In this document: positions 8,431 through 17,510 of the stretch, one piece after another | How the letters are laid out: each line of letters opens with the position of its first letter | How positions within the stretch are numbered: the first letter of the stretch is position 1 | DNA from: Candidatus Kuenenia stuttgartensis | Lineage (GTDB): Bacteria; Planctomycetota; UBA11346 | DNA length: 46,346 nucleotides | Direction: 5' to 3' | Assembly (NCBI GenBank): GCA_945872305.1 | Contig: CAMCAC010000003.1 | Location: 1 to 46,346 of the forward strand | Program-made: the position numbers and the translations under genes | Notes under the pieces: model-generated | Told to the model about the DNA's origin: nothing | Databases searched by the model: none | Seen by the model: the letters and a program-made list of their open reading frames with translations, nothing else

Positions 8431-9074
8431 GCCCGCATCCCCGGCACGCCGCCCTGTGGGCCGCGGTCACCACGCCGCCCGGGGAGTTGGCCCACGACCG
8501 TCTGCATCTGGAGCGGGTATACGCCTGGGCCCTGCGCTTGGCGCCGGAGGCCGGCGCGGATCCCGACCTGTGCGGCGCCGCGGCCATCGTCCACGATCTC
8601 GCCATGGTGCCCAAGGATGGCGCCGACCGGGCCGAAGGCGGCGCCCGCAGCGCCGTGGTCGCCCGACCGCTCCTCGCCGCCGCCGGCTATGCCGAAGTGG
8701 ACATCGCGGTCATCGCCGCGGCCGTCGCCACCAGTTCCTGGTCGAAAGGTCTGCCGCCCGCACATCCCGTGGGGATGGTGCTCCAGGACGCGGACCGGCT
8801 CGACGCCATCGGCGCCGTCGGACTGCTGCGCACCGTGGCCTGCGGCCAATGGATGTCGCGGCCGGAGCGGCCCGGCCGCTTCTACGATCCCGCCGATCCC
8901 TGCGCCGATGCGGAGCGGCCCCTCGACGACCGCCGCCAGTGCGTGGACCATCTGCCCGCGAAACTGCTCCGCCTGGCCGCCGGCATGCACACCACCACCG
9001 CCCGCGCCGAGGCGGCGCGGCGGCATGCGTTCCTGCTCGCATTTCTTGAGGAATTGCGAGGAGAATTGGGTTAG
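8427..9074 (+). CDS. HD-domain metal-dependent phosphohydrolase
   Basis: Motifs AHDRLHLERV, AAIVHD, LQDADRLDAIGAVG, MHTTTARAEA. Start uncertain; CTG 8427 overlaps the upstream TGA. Confidence 0.85.
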   Translation: MSPHPRHAALWAAVTTPPGELAHDRLHLERVYAWALRLAPEAGADPDLCGAAAIVHDLAMVPKDGADRAEGGARSAVVARPLLAAAGYAEVDIAVIAAAVATSSWSKGLPPAHPVGMVLQDADRLDAIGAVGLLRTVACGQWMSRPERPGRFYDPADPCADAERPLDDRRQCVDHLPAKLLRLAAGMHTTTARAEAARRHAFLLAFLEELRGELG

Positions 9075-9099
9075 CAGGTTGCGGGCCGGGCGGGGCCCG

Positions 9100-9209
9100 G
9101 CGTTGCGGGCGGGCGCTGCGCGCCACGCGTTGCGGGTTCCGGGCCGCCAGATGTGCAGCGGCAGGAAACGACGAAAACCGCAACGCGAGCGCAGCGAGCC
9201 CGCAACCCG
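9100..9209. repeat. Degenerate inverted-repeat element between convergent genes, related to the heptamer elements
   Basis: Left arm GCGTTGCGGGC..CGCTGCGC..CGCGTTGCGGGTTCCGGG (9100-9143) against right arm CGAAAACCGCAACGCGAGCGCAGCGAGCCCGCAACCCG (9172-9209). Confidence 0.65.
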
Positions 9210-9213
9210 ATGC

Positions 9214-9669
9214 TCAGACCGGCTCGGCCCACACCGTGTCGGCGCGGGTCCAGGTGATCAGGCCCTCGGGGAACCAGATCTTGAGTTCACGCTCGGCGGC
9301 GGCGGCGCTGTCGGAGCCGTGAACGAGGTTGTTGGCCTTCGACAGGGCGAAGTCGCCGCGGATGGTGCCCGGGGCGGCGGCGCGGCCGTCGGTGGGGCCG
9401 ATCAGGGTGCGGGCGACGCTGATGGCGCTGTCGCCCTCAAGGGCCAAGGCGATCAGCGGGCTGCTCGTCACGAACTCGATCAGGCTCGGGAAGAACGGCC
9501 GCTCCTTGTGCTCGGCGTAGTGGGCGCCGGCGGTTTCGGCGGTGGGCTTCATCAGCTTCATGCCGACGATGCGCAGACCCTTGCGCTCGAAACGGGCCAG
9601 GATCTCGGCCGCGAAACCGCGCTGGAGGGCATCAGGCTTGATGAGGATGAGGGTGCGCTCGACCGGCAT
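9214..9669 (-). CDS. ndk: Nucleoside diphosphate kinase
   Basis: Motifs ERTLILIKPD, PGTIRGDF, NLVHGSDS; AGGAG SD before ATG 9669. Confidence 0.97.
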   Translation of the reverse strand: MPVERTLILIKPDALQRGFAAEILARFERKGLRIVGMKLMKPTAETAGAHYAEHKERPFFPSLIEFVTSSPLIALALEGDSAISVARTLIGPTDGRAAAPGTIRGDFALSKANNLVHGSDSAAAAERELKIWFPEGLITWTRADTVWAEPV

Positions 9670-9777
9670 GGGATCTCCTAAGTGGGCGGGCATGCTGTGG
9701 TTGTCGCGCCAGAGGCAAGCCGCCCCGGACGGGGGCTGGAAAATTCCGCGGACCCCCTATGGTCCCGCCCGTCGCAC

Positions 9778-9853
9778 GGGGATATAGCTCAGTTGGTAGA
9801 GCGGTTCGTTCGCAATGAACAGGTCAGGAGTTCGAATCTCCTTATCTCCACCA
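9778..9853 (+). tRNA. tRNA-Ala(CGC)
   Basis: 76-nt cloverleaf: acceptor GGGGATA/TATCTCC with the G3:U70 Ala determinant, D-arm GCTCAGTTGGTAGAGC, anticodon CGC, T-loop TTCGAAT, encoded CCA. Confidence 0.97.
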
Positions 9854-9880
9854 TCGGCCCTGGCACCCGCCAGGGCCGCG

Positions 9881-10711
9881 TCATTTCCCGGCACGGCCAT
9901 CCGGATCCCGGCGCCAGCCGCCAGGGCCGCGGCCACCATGGGCGGCGGCAAACAACCGGTGGAAGTGGCTGCGGTTGGTGAAGCCGACCCGGCGGGCGAC
10001 CTCGGCCACCGGCAGGTCGGTGCCGGTGAGCAGCCGCTCCGCCATGGTCAGGCGCAGACGTGCGACCAACTCCGTGGCGGTGCAGCCCCAGGCGGCCTGG
10101 ACGCAGCGGTTCACATGGGCGGTGCTCCGCCCCGCATGGCGGACCAGGGCCGGCACGCCGGTGCGCAGGTCGTCGCCGCTGTCGCAGGCGGCCACCGCCG
10201 CCGCCAGCCACGCGGGGGGTCGGTGCCGGGGGGCCGGGCCGCCGGCGGTGGTCGCCGCGGCAAGCCACCACCAGAACGCCTCCGCCAACCACGGCGCGGC
10301 GCCCGCGGCGAGCCGCGCGGCCCAGGTCCCGGGATCCGCGCCGGCGAGGGGCCGTACCACGGTCACCGGCCCGGCCAGATCCGGTCCGCCGCCGGCGCGG
10401 ATGCGGGCGAGCACCGGCTCCGCGTGGGCCGGCTCCGCGTGCAGACGCATCTCCACCGTCTCCGGCCGGGAGACGAGGAGCACCTCCGCATCCGGCGCCA
10501 CGAGAAAGACCTCGCCGGGGCCAAGATCCTGGGCCGGGCCCAGGGACCCCTGCACCCGCAAACCTCCCCCCAGGACCACCCCGCCCCAGCGGTGCGCGGC
10601 CCGCTGGCGGGTGCCGGCGGGATCCCGCCACGCATAGCGCTGGGCGAGGAGGGGCCGGGCGCGGCCGAGACCCGCCGGGCGCGGATGGAAGTGGTGTCGG
10701 GGCCCGGCCAT
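9881..10711 (-). CDS. AraC family transcriptional regulator
   Basis: C-terminal ARLRLTMAERLLTGTDLPVAEVARRVGFTNRSHFHRLF; divergent from the GH3 gene. Start 10711 follows a TATGGT box (alternative start 10726). Confidence 0.9.
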   Translation of the reverse strand: MAGPRHHFHPRPAGLGRARPLLAQRYAWRDPAGTRQRAAHRWGGVVLGGGLRVQGSLGPAQDLGPGEVFLVAPDAEVLLVSRPETVEMRLHAEPAHAEPVLARIRAGGGPDLAGPVTVVRPLAGADPGTWAARLAAGAAPWLAEAFWWWLAAATTAGGPAPRHRPPAWLAAAVAACDSGDDLRTGVPALVRHAGRSTAHVNRCVQAAWGCTATELVARLRLTMAERLLTGTDLPVAEVARRVGFTNRSHFHRLFAAAHGGRGPGGWRRDPDGRAGK

Positions 10712-10781
10712 CGCTGGACCATACATTCACGTCGTCAGAGGACATAGACGACCCCCGGGGCCAGCCCCCACGCTCGGTCCC

Positions 10782-13055
10782 ATGACCCTCCCGTACCAGG
10801 ACCCCCGCCGCACTGTCGCCGAGCGGGTCGCGGACCTCCTTCCGCGCATGACCACCGCCGAGAAGGCGGCCCAGTGCTCGGCCCGCTACTGGGGCCGCAC
10901 CCCCGACGGCCGCTGGGCCGAGGTCCCGGACGCGCTGATGGCGGAGCAGATCCCCTTCGGGATCGGCCAGATCTGCCAGACCGGCAAACGGCGCAGCCGG
11001 GCCGAGGCGGCGGCCCTCGCCAACCGCATCCAGCGCTTCTGCCGCGAGCGGACCCGGCTCGGCATCCCGGCGATCTGCCACGAGGAGACCCTGCACGGCA
11101 TGATCGCCAACGGGGTCACCTGCCTGCCGGCGCCCGTGACCATGGCGGCGAGCTTCGCCCCGGATCTCATCGAGGCCGGCTTCGCGGCGGTGGGCGACGA
11201 GGCGGTGCGGGCGGGCATCCGCCAGGGGCTCTCGCCGGTGCTCGACCTCGCCCGGGATCCCCGCTGGGGGCGCAGCGCGGAAACCTTCGGCGAGGATCCG
11301 GTGCTGGCGGCGGCCATGGGGACCGCGGCGGTGCGCGGACTCCAGGGCCCGCCGGAAGAGCCCCTGCGGCTGGCGGCCACCGGCAAGCATTTCGTCGGCT
11401 ACAGCATGGGCGAGGGCGGCCACAACGCGGGTCCCACCGCCCTCTCCCGGTTCGACCTGTGCCATGTCCACCTGCTGCCCTGGCGGGCGGCGATCCGCGA
11501 CGGCGGGCTGGCGGCGGTGATGCCGAGCTACGCGGCGGTGGACGGCGTGCCCTGCCATGGGAATCCCTGGGTGCTGCGCCATCTCCTGCGGGACCGGCTC
11601 GGCTTCGCCGGCATCACCGTGGCGGATTACGGCGGTGTGGCGGAGATCGCCGATCTCCACGCCGCCGCCGGGGATCCCGCGGAGTGCGCCGCCCTGGCCC
11701 TGGAAGCGGGGCTCGATGTGGAGCTGCCGCACGGGGAATGCTACGATGCCGCCCTGGTCCGGATCGCCGAAGCGGATCCGGCGCAGATGGTCCGGCTCGA
11801 CGAGGCGGTGGCGCGGATCCTCGCCCTGAAATTCCGCCTCGGCCTGTTCGACCAGCCGTTCGTGGACGAGGCCGCCGCCGCGGCGCCGGCGGCGGGCGGC
11901 GACGCCGTGGCCCTGCGCTTGGCCGAGGAATCCGCGGTCCTGCTGGCGAATCCCACGGGGATGCTCCCGCTCGATCCGGCACGGCTGCGCCGGGTCGCGG
12001 TGGTGGGGCCCCACGCCCACGAGAACCTGCTCGGGCCCTACTACGGATCGCCGGTGGAATCCGTCGACTACGTCACCGGCCTGCGCCGGGTCCTCGGGCC
12101 CGGGACCACGGTGGTCCACGCCCCCGGCTGCCGGATCACCGGCGAGCCGATCGCCGCCGCGGGGGAGCTGAACCACCGGGACCCGGACAAGGACCACCGG
12201 ACCGCCCGACTGAGCACCCCAGCGGACGATGCCGCGACGATCGCCGCCGCGGTGGCCCTGACCCGGGGCTGCGACCTGACCGTGCTGGTGGTGGGCGACG
12301 ACTTCATGACCTCGGGCGAGAGTTTCCGCGCCGCGCCCAAGGGCGACCGGGCGGATCTCGCCCTGCCCGGGTCCCAGGGCGCCCTGCTCGCGGCCCTGCG
12401 GGCGGCGGGGGTGCCGCTGGTGGTGGTGCTGGCGCACATGGGCGTGATCGCGGATCCCGCGCTGGCGGCGACGGACCTGACCGTGCTCGACATGGGCTGC
12501 CCGGGCCAGGCGGCGGGGCTGGCGACGGCTCGGATCCTGGTCGGGCTGGCGGAGCCCGGGGGCCGGCTGCCTGTCACAGTGCCGCGCTCCGCCGGCCACC
12601 TGCCCGCCACCGGCGACCACGCCCAGGCCGCCCGCCGGGGCTACGGCCTGGATCCCAACCGGCCGCTGTTCCCCTTCGGCTTCGGCCTGTCGTACACCAC
12701 CTGGGAGGTCCGCGATGTGCGCCTGGACCGGGAGCGGATCGCCCTCGGCGAGCCGGCCATGGTCCGCGCCACGGTCGTGAACACCGGGGCCCAGGCCGGC
12801 AGCGAGGTGGTCCAGGTCTACCACCGGGACCGGGTCGCGGCCCGCACCCGGGCGGTGCGGGAACTCGCGGGCTTCACCAAGGTCCGCCTGCCCCCGGGCG
12901 GCGCGGTGGAGATCGCCATCCCGGTGACCCTGGACCGGCTCGGCTACCTGGACGAGGACGCGCTGCCGCGCCAGGAACCTGGACTGCACGACCTGTGGGT
13001 GGCCACCGGCGCCGATCCCCGGGGCGGCATCCCGCTCACCCTCGCTGTCGGCTGA
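10782..13055 (+). CDS. Glycoside hydrolase family 3 (beta-glucosidase/xylosidase) with a C-terminal Fn3-like domain
   Basis: Motifs TRLGIP, HEETLHG, RDPRWGR, ETFGEDP, KHF, nucleophile region VADY, FPFGFGLSYT, EVVQVY. No signal peptide seen. Confidence 0.95.
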   Translation: MTLPYQDPRRTVAERVADLLPRMTTAEKAAQCSARYWGRTPDGRWAEVPDALMAEQIPFGIGQICQTGKRRSRAEAAALANRIQRFCRERTRLGIPAICHEETLHGMIANGVTCLPAPVTMAASFAPDLIEAGFAAVGDEAVRAGIRQGLSPVLDLARDPRWGRSAETFGEDPVLAAAMGTAAVRGLQGPPEEPLRLAATGKHFVGYSMGEGGHNAGPTALSRFDLCHVHLLPWRAAIRDGGLAAVMPSYAAVDGVPCHGNPWVLRHLLRDRLGFAGITVADYGGVAEIADLHAAAGDPAECAALALEAGLDVELPHGECYDAALVRIAEADPAQMVRLDEAVARILALKFRLGLFDQPFVDEAAAAAPAAGGDAVALRLAEESAVLLANPTGMLPLDPARLRRVAVVGPHAHENLLGPYYGSPVESVDYVTGLRRVLGPGTTVVHAPGCRITGEPIAAAGELNHRDPDKDHRTARLSTPADDAATIAAAVALTRGCDLTVLVVGDDFMTSGESFRAAPKGDRADLALPGSQGALLAALRAAGVPLVVVLAHMGVIADPALAATDLTVLDMGCPGQAAGLATARILVGLAEPGGRLPVTVPRSAGHLPATGDHAQAARRGYGLDPNRPLFPFGFGLSYTTWEVRDVRLDRERIALGEPAMVRATVVNTGAQAGSEVVQVYHRDRVAARTRAVRELAGFTKVRLPPGGAVEIAIPVTLDRLGYLDEDALPRQEPGLHDLWVATGADPRGGIPLTLAVG

Positions 13056-13995
13056 TCCCCCTCGCCGGCGGCTTGGCGCGGCGCGGGGGCGCCCCGCGAT
13101 CCCCGCGCAGCACCGTGCCGGGGATGCGGTTGGCGATGGTGGCGAGCACCGCGTCATCGAAGTCGTCGCCCGGGGCCAGGCCCAGGCAGCGGCGGTGGTG
13201 GTCCGGTGCCGGCAGCCAGCCGGGCCAGCACGGGCGGATGCGGGCGGCGGGGAACAGGCCGCAGGCGTCTTCCAGCCGGCGCACCGCCGCCGCCGGCAGG
13301 TCGAGCCCGCCGGCGTGCAGCAGCAGGATCCGCGCCGCCGCCGGATGGCTCACCGGGCGGTCCAGGTCGGTGCCGCTGATCCCGCAGACGATGCCGAGCA
13401 GGAACGACGGCTCGCTCCAGGCGAACAGGGATTGCAGGGTGAGCTGGACCAGCTCCATGCCGCCGCGGTCCTCGGCCAGGCGCAGGAACAGGTGGTCGCC
13501 GTAGGCCGCCAGCTCGCCGTGGTAGCGGTAGCGGACCCGGCCGGCGTCGCGGACTTCGAGCCGGCAGGCGGTGCCCTCGATGCGCAGCAGGCAGCGCTGG
13601 ATGCGGCCGTCGTCGCTGAACGCCAGGGAATGGCTGATCCACCAGCCGTCGTGGAAGCCCCCTTCCGCGCGCAGGCGGCCGTGGGAACCCGCCAGGGCCC
13701 GGGCGTCGTCCCGGGCCTGGGCGGCGCCGGCCCGGGCGGCGCCGAGCCGGGCGAGGATCTCCGGCGGGGTGCGGGCGCTGAGGGCCGATTCCACGAACCC
13801 GTCCCGCTCGTCCCCGCGCAGCTCCAGGGCGTCGGCCCAGGCCACCGCCTGGGCGGCGGTCGGCGCCCGTTTGCCGGCGAGGATGCGGCTCAGGGTCGAC
13901 GGGCTGATGCCGACCCGGGCGGCGAAGGCGGCGGCCTTGAGCCCGCTCCGGCGCAGGCGGAGCAGGAGATCCTCGGCGAAGCGGTCCGCAGCCAT
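13036..13995 (-). CDS. XRE/Cro-type HTH regulator with an uncharacterised C-terminal domain
   Basis: HTH AAFAARVGISPSTLSRILAGKRAP; start ATG 13995. Confidence 0.85.
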   Translation of the reverse strand: MAADRFAEDLLLRLRRSGLKAAAFAARVGISPSTLSRILAGKRAPTAAQAVAWADALELRGDERDGFVESALSARTPPEILARLGAARAGAAQARDDARALAGSHGRLRAEGGFHDGWWISHSLAFSDDGRIQRCLLRIEGTACRLEVRDAGRVRYRYHGELAAYGDHLFLRLAEDRGGMELVQLTLQSLFAWSEPSFLLGIVCGISGTDLDRPVSHPAAARILLLHAGGLDLPAAAVRRLEDACGLFPAARIRPCWPGWLPAPDHHRRCLGLAPGDDFDDAVLATIANRIPGTVLRGDRGAPPRRAKPPARGISRQRG

Positions 13996-14107
13996 GGGCG
14001 CAGCCTGCCGGTGTTGCCTCCCAACGCAATTTCTTGCCGAACCGGACGCCTGCCGGCCCTGGCCGCCCTGCTGCCACGGTGCCATGACACCGGCGGAGGG
14101 CCCGATC

Positions 14108-15724
14108 ATGGCCAGACCCGTCACCGAACCGTCGCCACTCGCCGGGTTCCTCGCCCTGCCGGCACTGCCCTCGCTGCTCTTTCCGGTCTCGGCCGCCTTT
14201 CTGGCGGCGGGGGCCTGGGGCGTGCTCGGCCCCGCCATGGACGACCCGGAGCGCTTCGCCGAACGGCTGGCGGCGGTGGGCATGGTCCTTGCCTATGCGG
14301 GTGCCCTGGCCGGGGCGGCGTGGCTGCTCTGCCGCTGGCAGGCGGCCAATCCCGACGCCATCGGGGTGATCCTGCTCCTGGCGATGGTCCTGGCCGGCGG
14401 CGGGATGGCCCTCGACACCATCGCCTTCACCAGCCCCCTCGGCGCCCTGGCCATGGGGCTCGGGCTGGTGGCGGTGGCGGCGGGGGCGGCCCGGGTGCTG
14501 CACCGCACAGTGCTGCCCGGGGGACCATGGTGGGCCGCGGCGGCGCTGGTGGCGCTCGCCGTCTGGCACGGGCTCGGCCCGGCCTTGGTGGGCTGGTGGG
14601 CGGGGCTGGAGCAGGCCCTGACCGATCCCGCGGATCCCCTCATGGGCGGCTGGTGGCTCCAACTCGGGCTGGCCTGGCTGGTGGCGTGGATGCCCCTGGG
14701 CAATCCCGCGGACCGGCCGTTCCTGCACCGGCCGATGGCCTGGCGGGTGGTGCTGGTGGCGGCCCTGGTGGCCGGCGGCCTGCACACCGCCAGCCAGGGC
14801 TGGATGGTGATGCTCGACCTGGGCTGGGGTGACCACCTGGCGTGGATCGCGCCGGTGCTGCTCGCCCTGTGGCGGGATCTGCCGTGGACCGGGGCGGCGG
14901 GCAGCGGCCTGCGGGTGCTCACCGCCCTGCTGCCGTTGGCGGTGCTCCTGGCCGGGGCCACCCACGCGGCGCATCTGCCGGCCCATGCGGCGGAGGGCGG
15001 CCTGCGCGGCTGGGGACTGGCCCAGGGCGGCTGGCTCGGCCTGCCGGCGGTCACCGGCGGGCTCATCGCGGTGTGGGCCGCGGTCCAGGGCTGGCGGCGC
15101 CGGGATCCCGCCGCCGGCGGGCTGGCGGTGGCGGCCCTGGCGGCGGGGCTCGCGGTCGTCCCCGGCAACGGCCGGCTGTTCTGCGACGGCATCCCGGCGG
15201 TGCTGGTCCTGGCCCTCGGCCTGGCGGCCTGGGCGGCGCTGCTCCGACGCTGGGCATGGATCACGCTCATCGCCGCCCTGGGCGGGTTCACGGCCTACGC
15301 TTGGATGCTGACCCTGTGGCCCCGGGGCCTGCGTCCGGATCTGGCCTGGGGCGTGGCGGGGGCGTTCGCCCTGCCGCTGCTCGCCGGGGCGTTGCATCCC
15401 GCCCTGTGGCCGGCGGACCTGCGCCGGCTCACCGCCTGGGTGCTCGGCATCCTGGGGGCGATCTGGGCCGGCCACGGCCAGGCGGCGGCGGCCATCGCGG
15501 TGGCGGCCCCGCTCATCGCCGGCTGGCGTGGCCGGGACTGGGCCACCGCCGCCGGCGCCCTGCTCCCCGCCGCCCCGGCAGCGTTCCACTGGCCGGGCTG
15601 GAGCGCCATGGCCGGGGCCTTCGCCCTGGTCGGGGCGGGGCTGGCGGCGTCGCGGCGGCGGCTGCGGCGGGCGGAGATGCCGGCGGAACCGGCCCCGGCT
15701 GCGACCGCCGAGACGCCGGCCTGA
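14108..15724 (+). CDS. Hypothetical polytopic membrane protein
   Basis: Many hydrophobic Ala/Leu/Gly/Trp-rich segments; GGAGG SD upstream of ATG 14108. Confidence 0.75.
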   Translation: MARPVTEPSPLAGFLALPALPSLLFPVSAAFLAAGAWGVLGPAMDDPERFAERLAAVGMVLAYAGALAGAAWLLCRWQAANPDAIGVILLLAMVLAGGGMALDTIAFTSPLGALAMGLGLVAVAAGAARVLHRTVLPGGPWWAAAALVALAVWHGLGPALVGWWAGLEQALTDPADPLMGGWWLQLGLAWLVAWMPLGNPADRPFLHRPMAWRVVLVAALVAGGLHTASQGWMVMLDLGWGDHLAWIAPVLLALWRDLPWTGAAGSGLRVLTALLPLAVLLAGATHAAHLPAHAAEGGLRGWGLAQGGWLGLPAVTGGLIAVWAAVQGWRRRDPAAGGLAVAALAAGLAVVPGNGRLFCDGIPAVLVLALGLAAWAALLRRWAWITLIAALGGFTAYAWMLTLWPRGLRPDLAWGVAGAFALPLLAGALHPALWPADLRRLTAWVLGILGAIWAGHGQAAAAIAVAAPLIAGWRGRDWATAAGALLPAAPAAFHWPGWSAMAGAFALVGAGLAASRRRLRRAEMPAEPAPAATAETPA

Positions 15725-15733
15725 GGGACGGCG

Positions 15734-17422
15734 TCAGCGGGCGACGGCGAAGCCGCGCAGTTCACGGATGATCGTGACCTTGATCTCGCCGGGGAAGCGG
15801 ACCTGGTCCTCGATCATGCGGGCGATCTCCCGGGCGGTGCGGATCAGGGAGTCGTCGGCGACCTTGGCGGCGTCGACGATGACCCGCAGCTCGCGGCCGC
15901 CCTGGATGGCGTAGGCCCGCTGGACGCCGGTGAACCCGAGGGCGATCTCCTCGACCTGGGCGATCCGCTTGAGGTGGTTCTCGAGATTGTGGTGGCGGGC
16001 TCCGGGACGGGCGGCGCTGATCGCGTCGGCGGCGGCGGCGAGGGTGGTGTAGGCCGAGATGACCTCGTGGCCCTCGTGGTGGGCGAGGGCGGCGTTGGCG
16101 ACGATCTCGGATTCGCCGTAGCGGAGCAGCGCCTCGTGGCCAAGCACCGGGTGGGAGCCCTCGTGCTCGTGGTCGAGGGCCTTGCCGACATCGTGGAGCA
16201 GTCCGCAGCGCCGGGCCAGGCGCGGATCCAGCCCCAGGTCCGCGGCCATGGCGGCGCACAGGAATGCGACCTCGCGGCTATGGGCGAGGACATTCTGCCC
16301 GTAACTGGTCCGCCAGTGCAGCTTGCCGAGGATGCGCAGGAGCTGGGGATGCAGGCCGCTGATTTCGCAGGCGAGGGCGGTCTCCTCGCCGTGGCGCAAG
16401 GCCTCTCGGTCGATCTCCTGGGTGCACAGGGCGAGGCATTCCTCGATGCGCGCCGGGTGGATCCGGCCGTCCTCGATGAGCATGGCGAGGGCCCGGCGGG
16501 CAATTTCGCGGCGCACCGGGTCGAAGCACGAGATCTCGACCGCCGCCTCGTCCTCGACCAGGATCACATCGACCCCGGCGGCCTGCTCGAACGCCTTGAT
16601 GTTGCGGCCTTCCTTGCCGATGATCCGCCCCTTGTAGTCGGCGTCCGGAAGGATGATGCGATGGCTGGTGGTGGCGGCGGTGTGCTCGGCGGCGTAGCGC
16701 TGGATGGCGCGGGAGATGATCTCGACGCCCTTCTCCTTGGCCGCCTCGGCGATGCGCTTCTCGCTCGCCAGGATGCGCGCCGACTGCTCGGCGGCGAGGG
16801 CGTCGTCGAGGCTGGCGAGCAGCCGTTCCCGGGCCTGCTCAGGGGTCAGGCCGGCGATCTCGGACAGGGCGGCGCGCTGGGCCGCCTCGGCGGCGGCGCC
16901 GGCGGTCTCGAGGTCCCGGGCCCGCTGGGCGAGGGCATCGCCCCGGGCACCCAGCTCGCGTTCCTGGGCGGCGAGGGCGTCCTCGCGGGTGCGCAGGCGG
17001 GCGTCACGCTCTTCGGCGGCGGCGGCCTTCCGGTCGAGGGCCTCGGTGCGGGCGGTGAGGGCGAGATCCCGGTCCCCCAGACTGCGCTCCAGGGCGGCGA
17101 GCCGCGATTCGCGGTCCTGGGCCCGGCGCTCGCGCTCGGCGACCTGGGCATCCTGTTGCCGCTCCTGCTCCGACAGGCGGCGCTCCTGCTCCAACAGGCG
17201 CCGCTCCTGGTCCGCGAGGCGGCGCTCCCGGATGTCCAGGTCGGCGCTGCGGGCCGCGGCTGCGGCCTGGGCGGCGGCGCCTTCGGCGGCGACCCGCTCC
17301 CGGGCGGTGCGCTCGGCGGCAGCCTCGGCCTCGGCCCGGCGGCGGGCGGCGGTCCGGGCGCTGATGAGTCCCATGATCAGGGCGCCCACGAGGGCACCCA
17401 CCAGTCCATATGCCATTTCCAT
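15734..17422 (-). CDS. rny: Ribonuclease Y
   Basis: N-terminal TM, coiled coil, KH motif KGRIIGKEGRNI, RTSYGQN, HD motif LLHDVGK, ADAISAARPGAR, AIQGGRELRV. Confidence 0.95.
   Translation of the reverse strand: MEMAYGLVGALVGALIMGLISARTAARRRAEAEAAAERTARERVAAEGAAAQAAAAARSADLDIRERRLADQERRLLEQERRLSEQERQQDAQVAERERRAQDRESRLAALERSLGDRDLALTARTEALDRKAAAAEERDARLRTREDALAAQERELGARGDALAQRARDLETAGAAAEAAQRAALSEIAGLTPEQARERLLASLDDALAAEQSARILASEKRIAEAAKEKGVEIISRAIQRYAAEHTAATTSHRIILPDADYKGRIIGKEGRNIKAFEQAAGVDVILVEDEAAVEISCFDPVRREIARRALAMLIEDGRIHPARIEECLALCTQEIDREALRHGEETALACEISGLHPQLLRILGKLHWRTSYGQNVLAHSREVAFLCAAMAADLGLDPRLARRCGLLHDVGKALDHEHEGSHPVLGHEALLRYGESEIVANAALAHHEGHEVISAYTTLAAAADAISAARPGARHHNLENHLKRIAQVEEIALGFTGVQRAYAIQGGRELRVIVDAAKVADDSLIRTAREIARMIEDQVRFPGEIKVTIIRELRGFAVAR
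17161..17228 (-). repeat. Three 21-bp tandem repeats in the RNase Y coiled coil (ERRLADQ ERRLLEQ ERRLSEQ)
   Basis: gctcctgctccgacaggcggc / gctcctgctccaacaggcgcc / gctcctggtccgcgaggcggc. Confidence 0.8.
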
Positions 17423-17510
17423 ATGGACACGCTCTCGCGGCGCGGCGCCGGTCAATGCCAGCCGGGCTCGGCGCTGGTCAGGCCACCACCCGGTCCCAGG
17501 CTGCCCCGCC

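Noticed and set aside
1-13055. The two GH3 genes as a recent duplication or one polysaccharide locus
   Set aside because: Their N-termini belong to different GH3 subtypes (SDGPHGVR versus HEETLHG), and they are 10 kb apart, separated by housekeeping genes.
14060-14086. Sigma-54 promoter-like GG-N10-GC sites (minus strand TGGCACCGTGGCAGCA)
   Set aside because: The -12 element lacks TTGC, and GG-N10-GC is common by chance at this GC content.
9778-15724. Genomic island integrated at tRNA-Ala (araC-GH3-XRE-membrane gene)
   Set aside because: No integrase, no convincing duplicate of the tRNA 3' end (only a short ATCTCCACC inside coding sequence), and no evident compositional shift.
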